Shown: positions 1-10,262, counted from the stretch's first letter. The stretch is DNA of 64,000 bases from Candidatus Woesebacteria bacterium (GCA_013426185.1 CP058602.1:271123-335122), one strand, 5' to 3'. Translations and numbers: made by a program. Notes: generated by a model from the sequence alone, not told the origin.

Positions 1-22
1 CTAAAAAGCAAGGAATTTTCGT

Positions 23-625
23 ATGGAAACAGGAATAGATAACCCAAAATTTATCAACCTTAATAAAGGCAAAAAAGAAATAGGCTGGTGGAAAGACAAA
101 CCACAAAGTCTAATTCAAATTCCTGATACAGGTAATTCATATCGTCTGATTTATACTTTAAGATCAGAAAAAGAACCAAAAGAAGCAAGAGCTGAAGTCC
201 TAATTGCCATAGAAGAAGCTGGAAGAATGTGGAGAAAAAAGCTAGAAGAGAAACGTATCAAAGCAGACAACTTATTTATCTCTATTACCTCTCTTTTACG
301 CGGCCAAGAGCTTCAAGAAGAAATAAAAAGAAAAAGCGTAAATGCAAATGACACCAGCTCACATCTTTTTGGTGCTGCAGCCGATATAGATCCCAATGGA
401 TTTTACCTTTTAGAGAAAGGGAACTTTACTCCCATAAATAGTTCAAATTATAAAAATATAGAAGATCTAAGAAAAGCTCTTTTTGAAACACTGATTGAGA
501 TGGAGAAAGAAGAGTTGATAAGTTTTATTCCAGAATTTGAACCAAGAGAAGACAATAAATCCACTCTTTCCTGCTTTCACATCTGCCCCAACCCAGATAT
601 AGAAAAAATGTTAAAAGGTGAATAA
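23..625 (+). CDS. Hypothetical protein with an LAS/M15-type metallopeptidase-like motif (S-x-H-x-x-G-x-A-x-D: 'SSHLFGAAADID')
   Basis: ORF of 200 aa. The SxHxxGxAxD motif is typical of M15/VanY-type zinc peptidases. Nothing else in the protein is recognisable. Confidence 0.35.
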   Translation: METGIDNPKFINLNKGKKEIGWWKDKPQSLIQIPDTGNSYRLIYTLRSEKEPKEARAEVLIAIEEAGRMWRKKLEEKRIKADNLFISITSLLRGQELQEEIKRKSVNANDTSSHLFGAAADIDPNGFYLLEKGNFTPINSSNYKNIEDLRKALFETLIEMEKEELISFIPEFEPREDNKSTLSCFHICPNPDIEKMLKGE

Positions 626-627
626 TC

Positions 628-1506
628 TCACTTGCCCATCTTCCCTTTTAAAATCATCTCCAAAACACCAATACTCAAGCCAAAATCATAAACAATTTTA
701 AATATCAAAAACCTCAACTCCATATTTTTTATCCCCTTAAAAAGTCCCAACACCAAAGAAACCGGCAAAGAAGCTCTTATTAAAGCTACTAAATAACCCA
801 AATAACCCATTTTATACTTTCTTTTCCCTACCCACTTTGCATGATTATAAACCTCGCTCAAGCTTTCAGGGTTTTTATGATAAAAAATTGCGCCTTCTGC
901 ATTTTTGGCTTTATAACCAAGTTTTCTATAAAGACTCCAATCATCATCATAACCACCAGCTTCAAAGCCATTAACTCTTTCAAATTCGCTTTTTAAAATT
1001 GCCCTAAAAACAGGCTGAAAATCAGGATAATTTTTAGGGTGGCGACGTTTTTCTTCCCAATTCTCGTTGATATTCCAGCACCTGGCCCAGATATTGTCCC
1101 AATTTGAGACGTACTCTTCCTTGCTAAAAGTTCCCTTAGCTTTGCCTAAGACTATTGGCTCAACCAATTTTTTCAAGAAGTCCTTGTCAAAGGTCATATC
1201 AGCGTCAACAAAAACCAAAATTTCTCCTGTCGCGCTTTTTGTGCCCAAGTTTCTTGCCGCACCTGCGCCAAGATGGGACTCCCTTATCACTTTTAACTTT
1301 AAATTTTCAACTTTTAACTCCGACAAAACCTCCCAAGTTTTGTCGGTTGATCCATCATCAACCACTATAACCTCAAAGTCTTTATAAGTTTGATTTGCCA
1401 AAGACCTCAAGCACTTCCCAATTACTTTTTCCTCATTGTAAGTTGGAATAATTAGTGACGTTTTCATTTCTTTGTAATTTAAAAAGGCCAAAATTTTTTC
1501 CCACAT
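628..1506 (-). CDS. Family 2 glycosyltransferase (GT2)
   Basis: N-terminal 'LIIPTYNEE...EVIVVDDGSTDKT' GT-A signature and a 'VDAD' DxD-like motif. Confidence 0.7.
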   Translation of the reverse strand: MWEKILAFLNYKEMKTSLIIPTYNEEKVIGKCLRSLANQTYKDFEVIVVDDGSTDKTWEVLSELKVENLKLKVIRESHLGAGAARNLGTKSATGEILVFVDADMTFDKDFLKKLVEPIVLGKAKGTFSKEEYVSNWDNIWARCWNINENWEEKRRHPKNYPDFQPVFRAILKSEFERVNGFEAGGYDDDWSLYRKLGYKAKNAEGAIFYHKNPESLSEVYNHAKWVGKRKYKMGYLGYLVALIRASLPVSLVLGLFKGIKNMELRFLIFKIVYDFGLSIGVLEMILKGKMGK

Positions 1507-2758
1507 CTGTTAGTTTAATTGCTTCTTTATAACCAAAGCTTTGTATCTCCCAAACCTGAGTTTCAGAGAAATTGTAATCTAACGGTGCCAAAACATAAAG
1601 GGTTTTTGAGATGGGATAGTCCTCAACACCCAAAGGAGAAATGTTATTATTGAATCTCAAATAATATCTTAAGATATGACCCCGGGTATCAAAATCGTTG
1701 ATAACAACAACATTAAAGTCAAAAGGATTATCTCTTTTAATTTGTGAGGTAGCATAACTAATATTTTTTATAGTAAGGTCTTTCGGCATGCCGGTCGGTC
1801 TATCAAATTTCACCAATGAGGAACTGATATTGAAGAAAAGATAAACAGTCACAAGCAAGCATACTATCAGTTTGTTTTTATCCCAAATTTTAAACAATAA
1901 ATACCCTAAAATTAGTGCGACAACTGGCCAAAATTGCAAAAAATGATAATACGCAATTCCTGAAATTTCAGGTTTACTTATTGCATCAAGAAAATATTGC
2001 CATAAAACAGTTAGATTGTAAAAATTATGTCTCATGTCAAAAATTATCAGAGGCAAATTCGGAATTAACGACGAAGATATAAAAATCAAAAACGATTTAA
2101 CACGCTCCTTTGATAAAGCCAGCGTTAAGATCAAAACCAGTAAATAAGTAGGCAAGTAAAGATATTCCAATGAAATTCCGACACCTGAAAGAATTCCCAA
2201 CCAAAATACTTGCCAGTATTTAAATTTTGTTTTTTCTTCATGTAACAAGTACAAAGTCAAAACACCAACTAGTGGTAGATAATTCAAAATCCAAATAAAG
2301 AGCGAGTGGTAGATCATATAATTGTTAAATAAAAATAATATTAGAGAAAAGGTCGCAGTTTTTTTACCAAACATCCTCTTAGTAACCATGTAAAAAATCA
2401 GGGCGGTGAAAATGTTCAAAACAGAAAAATAAATAGATATTGGCAATACTTGATAATTAAAAACAAATAGTAATGGAATCAAAGAGTAGCTAAATAAAGA
2501 CCCTGAAAAGATTTTAAGTCCTCGCGAAGTGATTCTTTGAACATTTTCAATTCCAAGAAGGGAAAATTTCTCTTTGATCATATTAGCCGAAGTTTCCAGA
2601 CTTATCGCCTGCTCGGGACCAAAAGTAACTCTATTCTCAAAATTATAAAAACGAACAACCACTGCGACCAGAAAGATCACAATTACCAATAAATTATTTT
2701 TTGATAATATTTTTTTGAAAAAGTTCTTCATATCTCTCGGCAATTTTATCCCAATCAA
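1433..2758 (-). CDS. Polytopic integral membrane protein, possible GT-C-type glycosyltransferase or polymerase
   Basis: 441 aa with many hydrophobic helices. Overlaps the downstream GT2 ORF by ~70 nt, so the true start may be internal. Confidence 0.45.
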   Translation of the reverse strand: MIGIKLPRDMKNFFKKILSKNNLLVIVIFLVAVVVRFYNFENRVTFGPEQAISLETSANMIKEKFSLLGIENVQRITSRGLKIFSGSLFSYSLIPLLFVFNYQVLPISIYFSVLNIFTALIFYMVTKRMFGKKTATFSLILFLFNNYMIYHSLFIWILNYLPLVGVLTLYLLHEEKTKFKYWQVFWLGILSGVGISLEYLYLPTYLLVLILTLALSKERVKSFLIFISSSLIPNLPLIIFDMRHNFYNLTVLWQYFLDAISKPEISGIAYYHFLQFWPVVALILGYLLFKIWDKNKLIVCLLVTVYLFFNISSSLVKFDRPTGMPKDLTIKNISYATSQIKRDNPFDFNVVVINDFDTRGHILRYYLRFNNNISPLGVEDYPISKTLYVLAPLDYNFSETQVWEIQSFGYKEAIKLTDVGKNFGLFKLQRNENVTNYSNLQ

Positions 2759-3776
2759 ACTTCTTTGCCTGAAGCCGTGGAATATTTTTCCAATCCTTAT
2801 TCAAGGCCAAATCTAATGCCTTTGCGTATGAATCAATATCAGTCGGGTCAACTAAGACCCCAGCATCTCCAACAATTTCCCTGCGAATAGGATCGTCTGT
2901 TGCCACAACAGGAAGACCACAAGCCATCGCCTCAACCAAGACATTTCCAAAAGCTTCGCTTGATTCAGATGGCAGTGTAAAAACATTCGCCGCCTGATAT
3001 ATTTTTGGCATCTTCTCAAATGGGATGCTAATAACATTGAAGCGGTCCTTTCCTAAAATCTTCAATCCATAATCTATAATCTCCTGCTTTTTGTCTCCTC
3101 CCCCACCAGCAATAACCAGCTTGGCATCTTTTAACCTTGAAACCGCTTCTATCGCAAGCTCAAGTCTCTTTGACTTAACAAAAGCACCCACCGCAAGAAC
3201 TGTCTTTACTGCTTTTTTTTGTAATTTGGTTCTTGGAGCTTGGAATTTGTTTACATCTACTCCATTTGCAATCTCTACTACTTTAACAAAAGGATTTGCC
3301 TTCTTTGCCCAATTTTTGGCTTTTTCAGAAAGTGCAACAAAAACATCAGGAAAGCACCAAAGATTATTCCTATCATCCCACCCTATCCCTGATTGGCCGG
3401 AAATAATCATCTTGCCACCATAGAGCCAGGTTACAATCCTCAAAATAGCAGGCATAAAACCGCCATTTACAGGAATGATAATATCGTATCTTTCTTTCAA
3501 AATCTGGGTTAAAGACTTAAGGGTAAAAATAAAAATAACTCTGTTTTGGTAATCAAGAAAAACCCGCCTTAAAAAACGATCAGTAAAATCTTTTCTATCA
3601 GGATCAAATTTTATAGAAACCTTTTGAATTTTATAAACCTCTTTACCCTCTCTATCTCCTGCCTGAAAAACAGTTACCTGATGATTTTTAGACAAACGAC
3701 TGGCAAGCTCTTTGACAAAAGTCTCAGCTCCTCGATTAACTACCCCGTTATAGATATTTAAAAAAGCAATTTTCAT
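2694..3776 (-). CDS. GT4 (group 1) glycosyltransferase
   Basis: C-terminal 'E..FG.V..EAMA.G.PVV' GT-B/GT4 signature. Confidence 0.7.
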   Translation of the reverse strand: MKIAFLNIYNGVVNRGAETFVKELASRLSKNHQVTVFQAGDREGKEVYKIQKVSIKFDPDRKDFTDRFLRRVFLDYQNRVIFIFTLKSLTQILKERYDIIIPVNGGFMPAILRIVTWLYGGKMIISGQSGIGWDDRNNLWCFPDVFVALSEKAKNWAKKANPFVKVVEIANGVDVNKFQAPRTKLQKKAVKTVLAVGAFVKSKRLELAIEAVSRLKDAKLVIAGGGGDKKQEIIDYGLKILGKDRFNVISIPFEKMPKIYQAANVFTLPSESSEAFGNVLVEAMACGLPVVATDDPIRREIVGDAGVLVDPTDIDSYAKALDLALNKDWKNIPRLQAKKFDWDKIAERYEELFQKNIIKK

Positions 3777-5134
3777 TTACGCTTGAGTACTTCTATATTA
3801 CCAATCTTATCCTTCAAATCATAATTTTCCTTTACATAACCATACAACTTTTGTGGCACATAAGAAGAAAGGCCAGAATCGGTGTAAGGATAAAGTAAAA
3901 TCAAATTAGGTTTTTCTTCTTTAAGATCGTCGATTTCCTTTTCTTCAATTCCAGGCAAATTTTGATACCATGGAAGTTGAGGCACCCAAGGACGAGTGGC
4001 TGGCAAAGTATCACTTAAAGGATAGACGCTGTCCCACCAGTTAAGAACAAGAATTTTCTCACCAGGACTAGTACTTTTCTTAACATAAGAAATAACCTCT
4101 AGGACTTCTCTTTCGTAAAAACGTGTGCCTTTGCCACAATTTTTTAAGCAAAAAGACAAAACCAAATAAAAGGACGCCAAAAAATAAAAGGCTAAAAACA
4201 ATCGGAGAAAAAAAGAGCGAAAATTAAGATTTGATATTAGAAGAGAAGTGGCGATCGCAAGATAAGGAATTGCAGGTTGAAAATGGAAAAACTCAAAACG
4301 AGGAAAAGCGCCTAGAAAACCAGCAAAAGCCCATAAAAAAAGATTTAAGATTTTGGATTTTTGATTTAAGAACAGAGGTAAAAAAATTAAGAAAGGAAAA
4401 AGACTAGCAAGAATATTTCTTAAAGCTGGAAATTGTATCTGCCCTTGAGATTTGGGCAAAACAAAAATTCCAAATTTAATTGCCCAATTCCAGAAATCAG
4501 GCAAAATACCCAAAGCATAGACTAAAACAAAAAACAACGAGAAAACAATTACCGATCCCCCTACAAACTTCAATATTCTACCCTTTAAATGTCTGACCTT
4601 TAAAGATAGTCGCACAATAATTGAATAAGATATGGGAATCAAAAACCAAAAAGCGGTTTGTTTTGAAAGAAAAGCCAAAGCCCAAAAGACGCCCGCCCAA
4701 AACCAATCTTTCCTTAAAGCAAAATAAAAAGAACAAAAAGCAATAACACCCATATACAAATCAAACCAAAGGCCATTCCCTTCATAAAAAATCATCCAAA
4801 AAGAATAAAACAGAACTGAAAAAAGTGCTGTCTTTTTATTCCAGATTCTTTTGACTACAACAAAAATCAATAAATCAAATAGCAAAATTAAAAGCCAGGT
4901 AAAAATCTTAAGTTGAATTATTCCAACTCCAAAAATTTTATAAAAAATAGAAAGATCAAGAAGCATCAAAGGTGTGTGAGCAATTGCGATATCAGAGTAA
5001 GGCAGCCAACCTTTTATCATCAAATACGGCCAAAACAACATCTCAGGCCAAGCAGTAAAGCGAAGCCTTAATAAAAGAAAAAAGTGTATACCGGTGATTA
5101 GAAAAAACAAAAAAGTAATTTTTTTCCAGCTCAT
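3773..5134 (-). CDS. Polytopic membrane protein (glycan polymerase/ligase or GT-C candidate)
   Basis: 453 aa, at least 10 predicted TM helices, translationally coupled to the neighbouring GT4. Confidence 0.45.
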   Translation of the reverse strand: MSWKKITFLFFLITGIHFFLLLRLRFTAWPEMLFWPYLMIKGWLPYSDIAIAHTPLMLLDLSIFYKIFGVGIIQLKIFTWLLILLFDLLIFVVVKRIWNKKTALFSVLFYSFWMIFYEGNGLWFDLYMGVIAFCSFYFALRKDWFWAGVFWALAFLSKQTAFWFLIPISYSIIVRLSLKVRHLKGRILKFVGGSVIVFSLFFVLVYALGILPDFWNWAIKFGIFVLPKSQGQIQFPALRNILASLFPFLIFLPLFLNQKSKILNLFLWAFAGFLGAFPRFEFFHFQPAIPYLAIATSLLISNLNFRSFFLRLFLAFYFLASFYLVLSFCLKNCGKGTRFYEREVLEVISYVKKSTSPGEKILVLNWWDSVYPLSDTLPATRPWVPQLPWYQNLPGIEEKEIDDLKEEKPNLILLYPYTDSGLSSYVPQKLYGYVKENYDLKDKIGNIEVLKRK

Positions 5135-5135
5135 T

Positions 5136-6386
5136 TTATTTCATTAAAGCCAAAACAGATTTTTCTTCAGAATTATACATAAAAGTATACTTTCCAGAAA
5201 AACTTTCATTAATAAAAAGATCCAAAACATTATGTGCTAACATCAACCTAGCATCTCTTTCAAGATTTAAATCACTCAAATCTATCACTCTAGTAGAAGG
5301 CATATCCACCAAACTCCCTTCAACCCTTTTAACAACATTTTCTATAGAAACCTTTTGCCAACTTGGAAATACATGCCAGGCAATTTTGGGAAAAACAGAT
5401 CTACCCCCAAACAAAAATAGAAGCACAAGACACACCAAGATTGTCTTAAAATCAATCTTCCGCATAAAGAGAGAAATATAAATAGACAGATAAATAGAAG
5501 GAATATAAAGATAATACAACTCGCGTCTTGCTCCAAAGAACATAACTGGAAAAATTGTCATAGCAAAAATTAATAAAAATAAAACCGGCTTTAAATCCTT
5601 AAATAAAATAGGCAAAAAACAAAGAAAGAAAATCAATGGCCAACCCACATAAAAAGAAATAGCAGAAACAAGATTAGCAAAATCAAAAGTAACTCCATAG
5701 GATTTAACAAAAGATAAAGACTTAACAACAAACAAGAAATAAGATTGATATAAAGCATACAAAAACAAAACTATAAAAAACGGAAAAGATTTTTTAACAT
5801 TTATTCCTTTAATATAAGAAATCGCTAAGATAGCAAAAGGAAGACTATACGATAATTCTTTAGAAAAAAGAGCTAAGACATAGAAAATCAGAGAGAATAA
5901 GATGTTCTTGGGATACTTCAAAAACAAAAAGATAGAAATTAGACAAAATAAGGCTGCTGATATCTCGTGAATATTGGAAAAATAAAATAAATACAACCTA
6001 TTGAACAAAACAGATAAAAAGAAAGCGACAAAATCGTTGGAGCTGATTCTTTTTAAGATAAAAAACAGAAAAAACAAATTAAGAGTGTGAATTAAAAACA
6101 TCAAAATAATATAAGGAGCAGGATTTACTTTAAAGATCTCGAATAATGTTCCAAAAAATATGTAACCTATAAACTTCCTATACCCAAACATATCGCCATG
6201 AAGAAGGAAGTCAATAATCATTTTAAGGACTCCGTGATCCTTAAAATATTCAAGCACTCTAAAATCATCGACAGAAAAATATAAATTAGTACGAAAGGCA
6301 AAAAGCAGGTGCAAAAAGCTCAAAACGAATAAAAGCAATAAAAAGATAAAATTACTTAGACCTCTTAATTTAGATGCATTTCTCAT
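5136..6386 (-). CDS. Polytopic membrane protein
   Basis: 416 aa, highly hydrophobic, in an operon with GT genes. Confidence 0.45.
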   Translation of the reverse strand: MRNASKLRGLSNFIFLLLLFVLSFLHLLFAFRTNLYFSVDDFRVLEYFKDHGVLKMIIDFLLHGDMFGYRKFIGYIFFGTLFEIFKVNPAPYIILMFLIHTLNLFFLFFILKRISSNDFVAFFLSVLFNRLYLFYFSNIHEISAALFCLISIFLFLKYPKNILFSLIFYVLALFSKELSYSLPFAILAISYIKGINVKKSFPFFIVLFLYALYQSYFLFVVKSLSFVKSYGVTFDFANLVSAISFYVGWPLIFFLCFLPILFKDLKPVLFLLIFAMTIFPVMFFGARRELYYLYIPSIYLSIYISLFMRKIDFKTILVCLVLLFLFGGRSVFPKIAWHVFPSWQKVSIENVVKRVEGSLVDMPSTRVIDLSDLNLERDARLMLAHNVLDLFINESFSGKYTFMYNSEEKSVLALMK

Positions 6387-6417
6387 TCTTAAGTTTTAAT
6401 TTTAAACAATAAAAAAC

Positions 6418-7221
6418 TTATTCTTTTTCAGAAATTACCAAAAGATGTGATCCCCAATATTTAAAAGGATAAATACCCGTTCTTCCTAAAAAACCAAAAA
6501 TTCTCTGATAGAAAGATCGATTCGGTAATTCTTCCTCCCAACAAGAAGAGTAGTATCTTATGGTTAAACCTTTGTGTTTCAAAAACTTTAGTAAACTACC
6601 TAAATACGGCTCGATAGTAGTATCATCATCTATTTGATATTTCTGGCCTGTGTTTAAAGGCTCAACCTTATTCCAAGAAAGACTTTTAGAAAACATAAAA
6701 TCATTAACCAAACCAGCCATTAATTTTATAAATCTGTTTCCTCTGTAAGGAGGAGAAGCTCTATTAGGAGCTCCAAAGTTTGGAGAAACTATTAAAAACA
6801 AACCACCCGGCCTTAAAACTCTAATAGCCTCTTCTATTACCCTGGCAGGATCATCCAGATGTTCAAAGACAAAAGCAGAATAAACCAGATCAAAACTATC
6901 ATTTTTATAAGGAAGATTTTCAAGATCACCAACCAAAAAATTCAAATTTGGATATTTCTTTCTAGCAATAGAGATGGCTTTACTACTAATGTCTATACCG
7001 TATCCTTTCTGACCTTTCTTGACTAATTTAGAAAGTCTCGTACCATCTCCACAACCCATATCCAATATATCACTAGCTCTCGAAGCTAAATCTAAGAGTT
7101 TCTTCATAGCTGGATGCTCCAAACTAGAACTGCCAGATTCCGCAATCTTATAATAATAAGTTTTAAACCAAATATTTTTCAAAAGTATTTCTTTCAATAC
7201 CCAACACCTCCTTTTTTCCAA
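6418..7221 (-). CDS. Class I SAM-dependent methyltransferase
   Basis: Motif I 'ILDMGCGDGTR' and a post-I acidic residue. Resembles Methyltransf_11/12-type enzymes. Confidence 0.65.
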   Translation of the reverse strand: MEKRRCWVLKEILLKNIWFKTYYYKIAESGSSSLEHPAMKKLLDLASRASDILDMGCGDGTRLSKLVKKGQKGYGIDISSKAISIARKKYPNLNFLVGDLENLPYKNDSFDLVYSAFVFEHLDDPARVIEEAIRVLRPGGLFLIVSPNFGAPNRASPPYRGNRFIKLMAGLVNDFMFSKSLSWNKVEPLNTGQKYQIDDDTTIEPYLGSLLKFLKHKGLTIRYYSSCWEEELPNRSFYQRIFGFLGRTGIYPFKYWGSHLLVISEKE

Positions 7222-8045
7222 AATCTCCTTTTCAGCTTTTTTGGAAAAGTTTCAAAAAATGCTCTAAGAACATAATACCCACTTCTTTTCTGCCATGGGT
7301 CAAAAACAAAATCCGGCCTTTTTTGATAAAAAACTTCAGGATATTTAAAACCACGAGGAAAAGGAATTCCAAGTTCATACTTATACTTAATATTTCTTTT
7401 AATAACCTCTTTATCCTTAAAAACGGTTGAGGATCTCACAAGATGAGTGAAGTGAAGATAATAATCATCAAGATGAAGCCTTTTCTTATTATCTCTTTTC
7501 TGGATCAAAACCCCATCCCCATCATAAATACCCTGTCTTCCATGAGGATTTGAAAAATGAAGTCCTGGAATTTTTCTATTGAAAAATCTTATGGTCAAAT
7601 GCCCTGTCACGCCATCAATACTATACCTTCCAGCTTCTTCTTCCTGATAATGATAAATATCTCCAACTAAGTTGTAATACCTATGAACCAATGACTCTAA
7701 ATCATCACCCCTTTTATTAATAACATCAATCGCTCTTTTTATACCATCCTCCCACCAAACTTCATCGCCATCTAAAATCATCACCCAATCACAATTTGAG
7801 GCATCTAGCATCTCCTGCCTTACTTCTGTAAATTTTTGAGAGTCTACCTCACCTACTTGGCGAAAGCTGATTTTATCCCGATACTTTTTTACTAACTCCT
7901 TTTCAATTTCTATGCTTCTGTCTGTACTTCCCGTATCCCAAAGAAGAATCCTGTCAACATAAGGCGCAACTGAATTAACAGCAAACCAAAGCCACCGCTC
8001 TTCATTTTTGACAAGAGTATGAACAAAAACAGATTTATGAATCAT
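7194..8045 (-). CDS. GT2-like glycosyltransferase (KNEE / DTGSTD variant)
   Basis: 'LVKNEE...LWDTGSTDRS...LDGDE' resembles the GT-A fold family. Confidence 0.45.
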   Translation of the reverse strand: MIHKSVFVHTLVKNEERWLWFAVNSVAPYVDRILLWDTGSTDRSIEIEKELVKKYRDKISFRQVGEVDSQKFTEVRQEMLDASNCDWVMILDGDEVWWEDGIKRAIDVINKRGDDLESLVHRYYNLVGDIYHYQEEEAGRYSIDGVTGHLTIRFFNRKIPGLHFSNPHGRQGIYDGDGVLIQKRDNKKRLHLDDYYLHFTHLVRSSTVFKDKEVIKRNIKYKYELGIPFPRGFKYPEVFYQKRPDFVFDPWQKRSGYYVLRAFFETFPKKLKRRFWKKGGVGY

Positions 8046-8048
8046 GAT

Positions 8049-8441
8049 TTAAGATTTATGATTTAAGAAAACCTTAGACTTCTTTATAATCCCCTGCAAC
8101 AATTTGTGACACACATCCGCTTGATTCTTAAGAGTAAGATATACATTCTCATCAATGTAACCCACATCTTTAGATATAATCAGCTGATTTTTTAATTCCA
8201 CTAAAGAACCCTGAGCTAAATAATAAAACTGAATTTTCTCCTTGTAAGTCTGCCTCCCAAAACCCTCAGCAATATTACTAGTAACCGAGATGGAAGATCT
8301 TCTTATTTGATCAATCAAAGAATATCTTTCAGATCTTGGAAATTTATCTGTAATCTTATAAAGCATGAGAACTAGCCTATGCCCTTCTTTCCACACATCA
8401 AGATCAGTGAAATCCCTGATTCTATTTATGTTTTTATTCAT
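8049..8441 (-). CDS. Four-helix-bundle protein (TIGR02436 / 23S rRNA intervening-sequence protein family)
   Basis: 130 aa. Diagnostic 'DLDVWKEGHRLVLMLYKIT..FP..ERYSLIDQIRRSSISVTSNIAEGFGR..YKEKIQFYYLAQGSLVEL' pattern. Confidence 0.8.
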   Translation of the reverse strand: MNKNINRIRDFTDLDVWKEGHRLVLMLYKITDKFPRSERYSLIDQIRRSSISVTSNIAEGFGRQTYKEKIQFYYLAQGSLVELKNQLIISKDVGYIDENVYLTLKNQADVCHKLLQGIIKKSKVFLNHKS

Positions 8442-8588
8442 AAATCATAAATCAAAATTCTATAATCCAGTTCTTGATCTTTAAGTTAATCTGTTAATTG
8501 TTATATTGTGATTTTTTTGTAATTTGTACTTTGGAATTTGTACTTTGGAATTTGCCTGCCCTGAACCGAATTTATTCTGGTTCAAGGT
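8442..8588. repeat. Mosaic intergenic repeat: TCATAAA heptamers, AATTTGT/ACTTTGG units and the hairpin core (copy a, inverted, 8549-8587)
   Basis: The reverse complement of 8549-8587 is 'ccttgaaccagaataaattcggttcagggcaggcaaatt'. Confidence 0.8.
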
Positions 8589-9869
8589 TTAGGATTTAGA
8601 ATTTATTGTGTAATACTTAATTACTATTCCCCATGTATAAACCAAAAGAATTGTGTTTGTGATTCCAAATGTAATCGTTGGACCAAAGGCACCAAATTTT
8701 GGAATTAAAAGATAATTTAAAACCAAAATTGCCGCCGTCTGAAAAACTGAAAAAACACCAATAATCTTAGGTTTTTTCATTGCATAAATGATGGCCGAGA
8801 CCGAAGGAGCAGTAAATAAAAAGGGAATCATAGAAAGAGCCAAAGCCTGAAAGACTTTAAACGATTCAAGATATTTAGTGCCAAAAAGAAAAAGAACAAA
8901 AGGCTTGGCAATTATCACCCAGAAAATTATCCCCAAACTGATACCAAGTAATGCCAAAACAGATTTTAGGATAAACCTCTTTTCCTTCTCCTTATCTCCC
9001 ATCGAAGCAAGGCGTGGAGAAATAACAGCTGCAAAACTTGATGTTAAAACAGCAATAAAAAAAGCAAGACGACTGGCAACTGAATAATAACCAGTTACAG
9101 TTGCGCCAGCTAAAGCCGCAAGCATCTGGATATCCGCCCTTCCTGAAATAGAAGATAAAATTCTGTTTACTCCAAGCCAGCCGGAAAATTTAACTAAATC
9201 AAGATAAATGTCTTTTTTCGGTTTTGCCCTTAAAAAATCAAAACCCAAAACAAAATAGGTAACAACTACTGTAACAAGGCCGGTCAAAGCAAAAGCAAAA
9301 AGGGATTTTGATAGAGTAAGCCCAGCAAGAGCAAAAAGCAAAACAAAAACCACACGGCCAAAAGAGTAAGAAACCTCAACGAGCATTGAGGAAGAAAATC
9401 TCTTGTAAGCCTGAAGAACAGAAGAAACAAAACTTGATAAAGAAAGACCAATAAGAATAACTATCGCCCAGTAAACCAAAGAGATATCATCACTTGCCAA
9501 AAGTCTATTTGAAATAACGCGACCAAAAGCAAAGAGGATAAACGAAATAAAAAGAAAAAATAAAACTCTAATCACCAAACCCGCTTTTATGTATTCCTTT
9601 GCTTTTTTATCTTCACCCTGCTTGATACTCGCTATAAAGTTAATAAGCGCCGAACTTACACCAAGATCAAGAATAGGAACTATCATCAAGGCAAGATTGT
9701 TGACAGCCGAAAATACTCCGAAGTCAGAAACTGAAAGAGCTCTTGCCACAAACCAAGTGAAGACAAATCCCAAAAAAGCCGTGGCCACATTGCTGAAAAA
9801 AAGAATGTAAGTATCCCGCGCAGTAGATGAGCGAGCCAGGCCAAAAGCTTTGTCAAAATATCTTCTCAC
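8589..9869 (-). CDS. Polysaccharide biosynthesis protein / oligosaccharide flippase (MOP superfamily, Wzx-like)
   Basis: 426 aa, ~12-14 TM helices, glycine-rich helices typical of Wzx/MATE-like exporters. The C-terminal codons run into the intergenic repeat. Confidence 0.55.
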   Translation of the reverse strand: MRRYFDKAFGLARSSTARDTYILFFSNVATAFLGFVFTWFVARALSVSDFGVFSAVNNLALMIVPILDLGVSSALINFIASIKQGEDKKAKEYIKAGLVIRVLFFLFISFILFAFGRVISNRLLASDDISLVYWAIVILIGLSLSSFVSSVLQAYKRFSSSMLVEVSYSFGRVVFVLLFALAGLTLSKSLFAFALTGLVTVVVTYFVLGFDFLRAKPKKDIYLDLVKFSGWLGVNRILSSISGRADIQMLAALAGATVTGYYSVASRLAFFIAVLTSSFAAVISPRLASMGDKEKEKRFILKSVLALLGISLGIIFWVIIAKPFVLFLFGTKYLESFKVFQALALSMIPFLFTAPSVSAIIYAMKKPKIIGVFSVFQTAAILVLNYLLIPKFGAFGPTITFGITNTILLVYTWGIVIKYYTINSKS

Positions 9870-9929
9870 TCCTCTATTTTAACATTGAAGCGACAAAAGA
9901 GAGAGTAGCAAGTAGGAAGTAGTAAGGAG

Positions 9930-10262
9930 ACTCAATTTCTAAGCACTAATATCTAAATTCTAAACAAATTACAAGTTCCAAATTCCAATATACAAACAAA
10001 TTACAATAAAAAGAGCATAAATCCTAAATTCTAAATCCTAAATTCTAAATCCTAAATTCTAAATCCTAAACCCTGAACCAGAATAAATTCGATTCAGGGC
10101 AGGCAAATTACAAGAACCAAATCATAAATCATAAATCCTAAATCCATATTCAAGAGTCAAAAATTAGATTATTGATTATAGATTGTAGATTATAGAATTT
10201 GGCTTTCTACTTTCTACGTTCTACTTTCTACTTAAATTTCTTTTAACTTTGCACTTTGAAGT
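9930..10262. repeat. Mosaic intergenic repeat: ACAAATT array, (C/T)CTAAAT x8 array, hairpin core (copy b, 10071-10109), TCATAAA, GATTATA/GATTGTA, TACTTTC and AACTTTG heptamer arrays
   Basis: Direct reading. The modules recur in the spacers at 8442, 25380, 26380, 27405 and 29905. Confidence 0.85.

Noticed and set aside
1067-1387. Small plus-strand ORFs (1067..1387, 1155..1370) and many other short antisense ORFs inside long minus-strand genes (e.g. 3091..3423, 12875..13219, 31698..32108, 34013..34312)
   Set aside because: They are fully embedded antisense to long, motif-supported CDSs and have low-complexity translations. They are typical shadow ORFs in AT-rich DNA.
8049-8441. 23S rRNA intervening sequence / rRNA gene nearby (suggested by the TIGR02436 protein)
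   Set aside because: No rRNA-like sequence flanks either copy. Both sit between protein-coding glycosylation genes.
9930-10262. Possible CRISPR array (short direct repeats in a spacer)
   Set aside because: The units are 7 bp and contiguous with no unique spacers, there are no cas genes in the window, and the architecture is that of a tandem microsatellite-like array rather than repeat-spacer-repeat.
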